The notes under the pieces were generated by a model. The model searched no databases and was not told the origin of the DNA. It was given only the letters and a program-made list of their open reading frames with translations. The position numbers were made by a program, and so were the translations under genes. From Azolla caroliniana (Eukaryota; Plantae; Polypodiophyta): a stretch of DNA of 64,000 nucleotides. The DNA lies in the NCBI GenBank assembly GCA_043228905.1, contig JBHGNT010000004.1:8618001-8682000 (forward strand), written 5' to 3'. The first letter of the stretch is position 1. Each line of letters begins with the position of its first letter. Shown here piece after piece: positions 35,835 through 46,900 of this stretch.

Positions 35835-37498
35835 TCCGGCGACGAAAGGCACGACAGCGCGAGTAGTTGTCGATGAAGGTTACGAAGTATCGGCATCTGT
35901 CGATCGTCGGCGTTTGAGCCGGGCCCCATACATCCGAGTGTATGACGTCGAGGAGGCCTTTGCTTGCGAAGCTCTCCTTCGGGAATGGGAGTCGATGTTG
36001 TTTGCCGAGTTGACACGCTTTGTATACTCGGTCGACTCATTTCGACTCGAATGTCGGAAGTCCGATGATGACTCCCTTGGTTTGCATCGTTCGAAGCCGT
36101 TGGAGGTTTATGTGGTCGATTCTCTTGTGCCACAACTCGATGCTTGTCTCGGTTTTGAGAACTTTGGCGTGCATTGCCGATTTCACCTCATTCGAATCGA
36201 GGATGAACATTCGACCATGTCTCCACCCCTTCACTATGAGTCGGCCATCTTTATCGATGAAACAACCTTCATTGTTGAAGCGGACTTGCATGCCTTGCTC
36301 CACGATTTGGCCAACTAAGACCAAATTCTTCATTATTGTGGGCATGTGCAAGACATTCTTGATGCAAGTTTTATCGTCTTCTCTCGATGTGCCGAATGTG
36401 GTGTGTGGTGTCGTCTCCCATCTCTATGAAGCCGGGTCGATCCGACGTTTGTGAATCACGAAACCACTCTTCGTGAGATGTCATGTGAGCTAAGGCCATC
36501 GAGGAACCTTCGAAGTGGAAGCTCCCCCTTCTTCCGAAGGTTCCCTTCGTGTGATGGGTCGAATTGACCTCTTCTACCGCCGTGACCTCCTCCTCGGCCA
36601 CCGACCAAATTCGAGAAGAACATTTCTCATTCCGACATCTTGCTTTTGGTTCGGACATGGTTCTCTTCGACCAATAGCATTGATTGGAGGTCGAAGAATG
36701 AAGGAGGGTTTTTTCTCGCCAAGATTGTTGTGCGTAATGGATCAAATCGTTGTGCGAGGTCGCCCAAACATACTTGAACCATCTCTTCTTCGTCGACGTT
36801 TATTTTGATGGAGACAAGCGAGTCACAAATGCTCTTGATCTTGGCGGTGTAGTCAGACACGGACATGTCTTTTTGTCGAATGTTATTCAACTCTTGTCGA
36901 AGTTGAAGGTTTCGTGCGGTTGTGTTGGCGGCGAACATTTTCTTTAATTTCGCCCACGCTTCTTTAGGCATCTTGGTGTCTCCAATATGGCTAAGCATGT
37001 GGTCATGGACACATGTTGCCAAGCAATACATGACTCGACTAGCCGCTTGCTCCCATGTTGCGTAGTCGGCGTTCTTTGAGTCGGGTCGATTTTCTTGAGC
37101 GCCGTTGATGTAGCTCCAATACCCTTGGCCGACAAGGTATTAGGTCATCTTGTACTCCCAAGATGAATAACTAGTCCGGTCTATCTTTTTGCTAGGGAGC
37201 GAGATACCCATTTGTGTGTTCGTGTTGATTGTAGTGTCTTCTCTCTTTTGCTTTTCTTCCTTCGATCATGTACACGTGCTATGTAGCGGCACTACGGTAG
37301 CCGATAGCCAGATTTTGTCGTTGGCGTCTCGAACACACAATCATGGAGTCGGGTGGGCTTAGTGGATTTTCTAAACCACACGCTCTGATACCATGTTAAG
37401 AATTAGGTAAGTAATTAAGCAGGGATTAATTAGTACCTAATTATGTGATTAGTTGATAAGCGGAAGATTAAGTGATATGTGTGTGTATGTGTGTGAGA

Positions 37499-37540
<42 letters not shown>

Positions 37541-37858
37541 CACTTATAAACAACACAAGATGGGGGATGAGTAAGTATATTAAATTAGCATTATCATCAT
37601 CAAATACCGAAATACCCACAACAAAGTATATATACATCTCATGTGCAAAGGTGCACATGTGTGAGTAGGATATAGGTACTAATGTGTAAGTCCTATATTA
37701 AATGTACTTAGGAGTGTAGGATCTAGAATATCCCACTTAAGTACAAGGTCCTATTTAAGTCATTATAGTCAACACTTCTAACTAGATTCTATCTAGGTAA
37801 CTACAAAGTTACATGGTTGACGAACTAACGAAACTAAGTTGAGGTTGATCTCTCAACA
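35835..37858 (-). mobile_element. 5' half of a degenerate copia element (5' LTR 37394-37858, PBS, gag to start of INT)
   Basis: iMet PBS 37382-37393; LQLRQELNNIRQKDMSVSDY; ELWHKRIDHINLQRL; same group as 29736-34691. Confidence 0.88.
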
Positions 37859-40680
37859 AGTACTACCGAAATGCCTAGTCGTATGTGTCATGATAGTTTT
37901 GGACTACTCAAAGGCGACCAGAACCATTAGGAACATACAAAAGTTTCTTAAAGAATAGTAATCCATCATGGCATTCGAATTGTCGATAGTCCGTACCTAG
38001 TCGTTGTATTGCAAATAAGATGCCTGAGAGGGATCAATGTCTTCTAGAATGGCTTGAGCGAAAACATCTGTCTTCAAGTCCTCACGTACGGTATCGATAA
38101 TGTGGGAATCTAATGGCATATCGAAAACCTGCGTTGCTTGCAGTCGTGCCGGTGCTAGGATTACTTCCTTTTGGTTATCGAATGTTGGCCCACCGGGACG
38201 CGGTGCTAGCTACAAGCGTCGCAATAACACATCTGCATTCCCTTGTTGTTTCCCAAGACGATATGTAATTTTGAAGTCGAAACAAGTGAGGAATTGGGCC
38301 CACCAAGCTTGACGTCGATTTAATACATGAGCATTCTGGAAGTAGGCAAGATTTTTGTCAATCGGAATATGGTGACTTGATGAGAAGATCCCTCTAGAAA
38401 ATGTCTCCATTGTGTAAAAGAGTCCACTATTGCTAATAGCTCCTTGTCATGAATTTCATAGTTGATTTTGGTGGTGTCAAACATGCGCAAGTGGAAAGCC
38501 ATAGGATGTAGTTTTTCATCATCGCCTTGTTGTGACAGAATGCTACCTAAGGCAAAATCTGACGTGTTTGCCTCAATGATGAACGGTTTTTTCGGATCAA
38601 CATGGGCTAGGATAGGAGCTGATGTAGATTCGTTCTTAAGACTCTCAAAAAGCCATGTCCTCTTCTTTAGACCAAACAAATGACTGCCCCTTCTTGGCAA
38701 GTTGTGTGAGAAGCAGAATAAGCTTTGAGTAATCCTGTATAAACTTGCGGTAAAAATTGGCAAAGCCTAAAAAGCATTGCACATCTCACAATGAACGTGG
38801 CGTTTGCCACTCTACCATAGTTTTCACCTTAGCTGGATCTATAGAGATGCCTTCCGAGGAGATGACATAGCTCAGAAATTCCAATTGGTTGTACTTGTAA
38901 CTACATTTTTCCAGTTTTGCATAAAGACGATGTTCTTGAAGCCATTTTAGTACTAAAAGTACATGAGAATCATGCTCTTCTTCAGTCTTCGAATAAACCA
39001 GTAGATCATCCAAATAGATGATCAAACAAACATCTAAGAGATCTGGGAATATATCATTTACCATATGCTCAAAGACTATTGGCGCATTAGTGAGACCGAA
39101 TGGGATGCCCGTATACTTGAAGTGCCCATATCTAGTGCGAAATGCGGTCTTCCATTCATCTCTTGATCGGATCCATACGAGGTTATATGCTCCTCGTAAG
39201 TCGATATTTGTGAAGAACCTTGCACCACTGATCCGTTCTAAAAGACTTGAGTTAAGGGGGAGTGCATACCTATTCCTGGTGGTGACCTTATTCAAGCCAC
39301 GGTAATCTACGACGAGACGAGAAAATGGGTGCGCCGGCCGGAGATATCGAATGTCGAATGAAACCGTTTCCCAGATTCTCTTCTATATAGGCTCGAAGGA
39401 CTTCTAGCTCGGTTGGTGACAAGTTGTAGATCAGTCCCCATGGTGGCTCTTTTCCCGGTTGTAAATCAATGGGGCAATCATACGGTAGGTGGTGAGGAAG
39501 CGTATTGGCTTGTACCTTATCGAAAACATCGGGATAATGACGATACTTCTCTGGAAGTTGAATTGTGGATTCCTCTTTAATGTTCTTGGAAGGTTTTACT
39601 CATACCACGAAGATGAACATTGCTTCCTTGCGTCCTTCCTCACGCAATTGATGTAACGAAATGGTTGCAATCCTATGAGTAGATCCTCGGGTTTGTCGAT
39701 ACCACATTTCTCTTGTTCTCCAATCTATGTCTGAGTTATGTAATTCGAACCATGGTAATCCCAAAACAATGGGATGTTCTGGGCTACTAATTATATTAAA
39801 TGATACTACACACGCTAAATTATCTAGGACAATATTAATTGGCTCTGACTCTTCTACGATATTTCCGGAAGCAATGGGACGACCATCAATGAGTACTACG
39901 AAGGCTGGACAAGGGAGTTTTCTTAGGGATATCTGATGAGCTTGGGAAAAATTCCTATCCATGAAGCAAGAATTAGCTTTTAAATCTAGGACTGCTATAA
40001 CATGTACTGGAGGGGTACTTTTAGTACTAACTGTTACTTGAGCTAAGAACACATTGCTAACTTGCTTAGAGGGAATTGAACCGTTAATGGGCTACACAGA
40101 TCTAGGGTTGTCCAACCAAACGACTCCTATTTTGGTTGGACTTAGTCGTTTAACTCTTCTTCTAACTGACTAAGGACATCAAATTTGTTTGATAGACTTG
40201 GGCTATTAGTACTGTTAGGACTATGAGACACTCCTACCAAAATAGACTCGAGTTTAGTACAAGAAACTATTTGATTTACCTATCTTCTTGGTCTATGTCG
40301 ACAATTTATTGCAATATGCCCTGGTCCTCCACAGTAAAGACATAATCGATTTACTCGACGTCGTTGCTTTTCTACTTCCGACAATGGTCCATGACGACGT
40401 GTGGTATCAATTTCCATCGGTGTTGGAGTATTTGCCAGAGATGCATGATATGACTCCCTTGCAAATGGTTTTCCTACGATCGAGGCGTATGTGGGCTCCA
40501 ACCTAGTCCTTGGCATTTGTAACTGGCGTTCCGAACGTCGTTCGAAAAGCTGGTTATCGCATCGTACCGCTTGACTGATTGCCTCTGTGAGCGATTTTGA
40601 TTCTTCAAAGAAAGTCAAGAGTAAGTCTTTGACATCATTTCGTAGGCCGAATTGAAATTGCTCCATGAATGCTTGGTCAT
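37859..40680 (-). mobile_element. Degenerate chromovirus-type (Tcn1-like) gypsy gag-PR-RT-RH-INT start; LTRs not identified
   Basis: CLYCGGPGHIAINC; IVLGLPWF; NKVTTRNRYALP, IDLRGAYNLV, DEWKTAFRTRYGHF, IYLDDLLVYS, NYEIHDKELLAIV, LNRRQAWW. Confidence 0.88.
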
Positions 40681-41346
40681 CCCTTGAGTACTTGATCCTT
40701 GTTGTTGCTATGCTACAATGGTTGCTTCAAGTTGTTGCACTTGTAATGCTAACTCCCCATCTTGTTGTTGTGCTTCCTGCTTTTCTAAAGAGATTTGTTG
40801 AGGATCCCCCAACAACCGTTGATTTTCGTGTTCCAATGCGACAAACTTTTCTTTCAAGCATTGCAGCTCCGAGAAAACAAATTGGTATTCTTGAGCGCTA
40901 ACAATTTCAATAGTATTGGAGGAAGGAAGGATAAGAAGCTTAGTATGAAGGGAAGGAGGGATACGAAGCTGAAGAGGGAAAATCGGTTCAAACTATCGGG
41001 GATAGTACTAGAGGCAAGGAGAATTAGTACTAAAGGTAGAGGAGAAGAATGAGGATTAGTACTAAGAAGGGAAAGAGTGTGTGAGAACTACGTGAGAGGA
41101 GAGAGAGAGAGATAATGATGACAACAAGAAGTATATTATATTATAAGAAGAAAGATACAAGAACAACTAGGAGGCTAAAGAATGGCGTTGAACTGATTTG
41201 GTTCTTGATAATGCCATCTGCCTCTTTTTATAGTGGCTTCAGGAATACTCTTGACATTTCTAGAATGTTCTAGAGAAATCTAGAATATACATGGATTTCC
41301 TAAGTGAAATAATAAATGGAAATAATATTCTTTGTATTACAACTTA

Positions 41347-41400
41347 TAACTTAATGGTAAGACTTTTGCCCATGTGCTACAAGGTCATGGGTTCAAATAA
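41347..41400 (+). other. Degenerate tRNA-like (SINE-head-like) fragment
   Basis: TAACTTAATGG and GGTTCAAAT separated by 32 nt; truncated against copia RT sequence. Confidence 0.45.
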
Positions 41401-41409
41401 GGCGATCTT

Positions 41410-43931
41410 TAGGAGCAGGTGTATATGGTTCAGCCCCCGGATTTCAGTCTGGAATGAACACGTGGTTGTTTGCCGACTGAAGAAGTCCCTTTATGGACTA
41501 AAGCAAGCCCCATGTGCCTGGAACATGAAGATCACAGAGCGACTGCGTCGGATGGGGTTCGCCATGTCAAAGTCAGATTCTTCACTCTTCACCCGGCAAG
41601 GTCGGAACGGGCTGGTGAGCATTTTGCTTTATATTGATGATTTAGTCATCATTGGCGCCGACCTAGCCAAAATCGATTGTGTGAAGTCCGAACTCCCGTC
41701 ATCATTTGACATGAAGGATCCTAGGGACCTTCATTACTTCCTCGGGATCGAAGTGATCCGCACCCCGGAAGGCATACTGATCAGTTAATGGCACTATGTG
41801 TTAAGAATGCTCTTCAAATTTGTTATGAATGAATGCAAATCCGTCTCGACTCCTCAGGACTGGAATGGCATGCGACCCGAAAAGGTTCCTACAAATAGTA
41901 GGAAGTCTCATATATCTGACCATCACACAACGATTGCGTCGGATGGGGTTCTCCGCGTCAAAGTCAGATTCTTCACTCTTCATCCGACAAGGTCAAAACG
42001 GGCCAGTGAGCATTTTGCTTTATGGTGATGATTTAGTCATCACTAGCACCGACCTAGCCGAAATCGACTGCATCATGTCCGAACTCGCGGCATCATTTGA
42101 CATGAAGGATCCTAGGGACCTTCATTACTTCCTCGGGATCGAAGTGATCCGCACCCCGAAAGGCATACTTATCAGTTAATGGCACTATGTGTTAAGAATG
42201 CTCTTCAAATTTGTTATGAATGAATGCAAATCCGTCTCGACTCCTCAGGATTGGAATGGCATGCGACCCGAAAAGGTTCCCACAAATAGTAGGAAGTCTC
42301 ATATATCTGACCATCACACAACGATTGCGTCGGATGGGGTTCTCCACGTCAAAGTCAGATTCTTCACTCTTCATCCGACAAGGTCAGAACGGGCCAGTGA
42401 GCATTTTGCTTTATGGTGATGATTTAGTCATCACTAGCACCGACCTAGCCAAAATCGACTGCATCATGTCCGAACTCGCGGCATCATTTGACATGAAGGA
42501 TCCTAGGGACCTTCATTACTTCCTCGGGATTGAAGTGATCCGTACCCCGGAAGGCATACTGATCAGTCAATGGTACTATGTGTTGAGTATGCTCTTCAAA
42601 TTCGTTATGAAGGAATGCAAATCTGTCTCGACTCTTCTGGACTGGAATGTGAAGCTTCAATTATGACTCTGGAACGGCATGCGACCCGAAAATGTTCCCA
42701 CAAATAGTTGGAAAGTCTCATATAGCTGACCATCACCCAACCAGACCTCAATTATTCGGTCGGACTAATTAGTCAATTTATGGCGCATCCAACCGTGAAG
42801 CATCTTCTGTCCACACTAAATACTAAGGTACGTTAGCGGCACTAAGGACAGGGGGTTGATGTATCAAACCGGTGTAGTCGGACAGATTGTTGGCTACACG
42901 GATGTCGATTGGGCCAGAAATGCCGATGACCGTAAGTCTACATCCAGATATGTGTTTTCCGTCGGAAGCGTCGCAGTTGCCTATAGCAATAAGAAGCAGC
43001 TGACACTAGCATTGTCGAGCACCGAGACCGAGTACCGAGGAGCGGCTGTCACGACATCCGAAGCCATATGGATCAAGAGGCTCCTAAAGGATCTATTGTT
43101 GGAGATGTCCGATTTGACGACGATCTACTATGACAAACTCATCAGCATCCAGTTGGCGAAGAACCCCATCTATCATGCCTGGACCAAGGACATTGAGGTG
43201 CACTACCATTTTATCCATGAGTGTGTCCTCTCGGGTGAAGTGGAACTGTTGTATGTTCTAATAGATCGACATATTGTCGATATCTTCACCAAACCCTTGG
43301 GTCTTGACAAGTTATGACATTTTTCAGGCATGCTTGGTGTGTAGCACCTCGATATGCGGAACTTGAGGGGAGGAGTGAAAGGGGGAGAGATGGTCAAAAC
43401 AAACTGCAGAATCAAGCTGAGAAAGAAGATGTTCGGAAAGTTGAATCGGATACCGAATTCAATTCCAACCCGACTCAAGAAGTCGGACTGCACGGATCGG
43501 CTGAAGAAGTGACCACAAAGGGAAATCAGAGCCAAAGACAACTGAAAAAGGGGGAGGTATGTCCAAGGAGGGCAAGAAGACCAAGACACGGACATGGTTC
43601 GATGTCGTGAAGGGTCTAAAGATTGAGGATGAGTTGGAGACAACCAACTCGGACAAGAGCGGGAACGAATCGGAGACAACCAATTCAATCAAGATGTTCG
43701 ATTCGGAAGAGTCGAATTATCTAAAGACCAAGGTCCTTGTGAGCAGACAAGCCGGCTATGAAGGTCGAGGTGGACGAGACCGGAAGGATTGTGGAAAAGT
43801 GGGACCAGACGAGTCGAGGAGCATGAGCCAGGCGGGAGGACGCCAGGTGTAGCCGGAGAAAAGGATCAGCAGACACAAACACTGACACTACGATCCGACC
43901 TCAAGTTCAGCTTGAGGGGGAGTGTTGAGCG
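41410..43931 (+). mobile_element. 3' part of a degenerate copia element (RT with a 391-bp triplication, RH, 3' extension, PPT, LTR start); the LTR resumes at 49330-49757
   Basis: VCRLKKSLYGLKQAP, LYIDDL, GYTDVDWA, KDIEVHYHF; GAGGGGGAG before TGTT at 43923. Confidence 0.88.
41531..42700. repeat. Three tandem copies of a 391-bp RT segment
   Basis: Units start at 41531, 41922 and 42313 (atcaca...gcgtcggatggggttc). Confidence 0.92.
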
Positions 43932-46900
43932 TGTTGGAGACGAGGAAGGTCGTCTTTGCGGAAGATCAAGAAGCATTCGATTCTTGCTGAATACCTGCGT
44001 ATGACAGATTGTAGGTCGTGCACAGAGAGAGAGAGAGAGGGAGAGACACAAAAGACTTCTTATTCCATAAAGCAATAATACAACATCCAACCTTACAAAA
44101 AGGTTGCAAGGTCACTATATATAGTGACCGACTTAGGGCAACTACCCTTTATGCTAATTACATAAATGGCCAAAACGAGATAGTGTGAATACGTCCATTA
44201 TACACATGTATTCGACACTCCCCCGTAATGGGCGTATACATGGGTTATCTAAGATTACAGGTATAGACTTAGGTTCTCGGACATATCAGCTTTGTTCGAG
44301 TCGGCAGGGTCCGAAGGCAGAAGACCGAACTGGTCGGGTCGGAACAGTTGAAGCCGATCATTAAGGAACTGATGTCGGTTGTCGGGAACCATCCTGCTCT
44401 GTGTCCGGCTCTAACCGGACTGGTTTGTCGTTACGCCCATCTGATGCCGAAGAGACCGAAAACGGTCTGCCGAAAGACACTTGGTCATTCCATCTGCGAC
44501 ATTGTCGGTTGTGGATATTTTCTCTAGACCGATTTTCCCTGAAATGACGCAGTCCCGAACGAAGTGATATCGAACGTCGATATGTTTGGAGGCGTTGTGG
44601 TGAACCGGATTTTTCGACAAGGCAACAGCACCTTGACTGTCGCTGTAGACAACTGGAGCCGAGTCATGGTCGACTTGTCGAAACGTGTGCGCCAGCCGAC
44701 CGAGCCACAAAGCTTCTTTTGCTGCGTCGGACGCAGCTACATATTCTGCTTCGGTCGTTGAAGTCGCTGTGCACTCCTGAAGTTTCGACTTCCACGAGAT
44801 TGCTCCATTGCCGAATTTGAAGCAGTATCCGGTTGTTGATTTCCGACTGTCTATACAGCCGGCGAAGTCCGAGTCGGTGTAACCGACTACGCCTGAGGTT
44901 CGGTCCGGACCGAAGAGAATGCCATGGTCTTTTGTGCCAGCCAGATATCTGAACACATGCTTGACTGCGTTCCAATGCGATCGGCCAGGATTGTGCATAA
45001 ATCTGCTAACAACTCCTACGACATGAGAAATATCAGGCCGTGTCGCGACCATTAGGTACATAAGGGAGCCGACTGCCGGTGCATACGGTACCGACTTCAT
45101 ATCTTCCCCCTCCGGGCCGGATGTCGGGCAGTCTCGCTGAGAGAGCCGAAGATTCATGGGGAGCGGGGTTGAAGCAGATTTGGCTGATTGCATGTTGAAG
45201 CGTTCCAAGACACGTCCGATATAGTCGGTCTGAGACAAAAAAAGATGTCGGTTATCGCGATGCCGACTAATCTTCATGCCAAGGATGTGTCGTGCCGGAC
45301 CGAGGTCCTTCATGGCAAACTTCAACCGCAGTTGCCGAATGAGATCGGCAAGTTCGCCCGCGTGGCGTCCAGAAATTAGCATGTCGTCCACGTAAATGAT
45401 GAGGAAGATGGGTGATCCATCTTGAGCTGGTTTGGTGAAGAGACAATGGTCCTCATCGCTTTTTGAGAAGCCGATCGATTGGATGAAGTCGTCGAACTTC
45501 TTGTACCATTGTCGCGGTGCCTGTTTGAGGCCGTATAGACTCTTCCTGAGTCGGCAGACTAGATGTTCTTGGCCAGTCGCCACGAAGCCTTTTGGCTGCT
45601 CCATATAAATTTCCTCTTCAAGATCACCATGGAGGAAGGCTGTTTTGACATCTAGCTGAATCAGCTCCAGGTTGTCGGCTGCCACTACGCCGAGTAGAAA
45701 ACGAAGGGTTGTCATTTTCACCACTGGTGAAAAAATCTCGTCGAAGTCGACGCCATATTCTTGTCGGAAGCCCTTCGCAACTAATCTGGCCTTGTACTTT
45801 GGGGTGGTCGAATCAGACGTCTCTTTTAGTCGATAAACCCACTTGCAAGGAAGAGCACGTCGGTTCCTGGGTAATTCGACCAGATCCCAAGTCTTGTTTG
45901 CCCGAATGGAGTGCATTTCCGACTCCATCGCCAGATGCCAGGTGGCTGAATCGACAGATGTCGATGCTGCTTCGTAAGACGTCGGTTCGCCGGCGTCGGT
46001 GAAGAAAATTCCAGGAGAGTATCTCTCCGGAGGTTGCGACAGTCTCTCGGATCGGCGAGGTATGATTGGACTGGTCGCATCGGGTATCGAGGTCGGATGG
46101 TCCGAAAGAGAGTCATTCGGCTGTGCCGAGTCGGAGCTGTCCGAGTCGGGAGTGTAAGGTTCAGCTACCCGTGAAGCTGACCGTGTGTTGAGAGCGGGGC
46201 CTTCTTGAAGGGTCGGCACATCGGAAAATGTTACCCTTCGGACTTCGATCGGTTTTTCGACTGATGGATTCATAGCCGACTCGTTGAACACAACGTCCGA
46301 ACTTCGAACGATTTGTCTGCGTTCGGGGTCCCAGAGTCGGTATCCCATTTCGCCGTCGGATCCATATCCAAGGAAAATGCATTTCCTGGACCGAGGTGCA
46401 AGTTTTCGGCGATCATCTTTCGGAATAAGGGCGTACGCCTCGCATCCGAAGATCCTCAGCTTGTCGTAATTCGGCTTACTGCCGATCCATAGTTCCTGAG
46501 GAATTTGAAGTCCTAGAGGTCTACTTGGCGACATATTGATTATGTGCACTGCCGTGAGTAGAGCCTCTGCCCAGAAGCCATCCGACAGTCGGGAGTGTTG
46601 GAGCATGGAAACTATCCGTTCTTGGATTGTCCGATTCATTCGTTCGGCAATCCCGTTTTGCTCCGGACTGTGTGGTGCCGTAAATTCACGTCGGATGCCG
46701 CGTTGTCGGCAGAATTTGACGAATTCTTCAGATTTGAACTCTCCCCCATTATCGGTCCGAAAGCATTTCAGTTTTCGGTCGGTTTGATTTTCTACCATAG
46801 CGAGCCAATCGGAGAAGATCGAGAAGACACGATCTTTGGTGCGAATTGGATAAGCCCACACCTTTCGAGTCGAATCGTCAATAAAACTGACGAAGTAAGA

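Noticed and set aside
40690-41343. 5' LTR of the Tcn1-like element
   Set aside because: LTR-like composition, but gag is truncated at the junction, there is no PBS and the boundaries could not be fixed.
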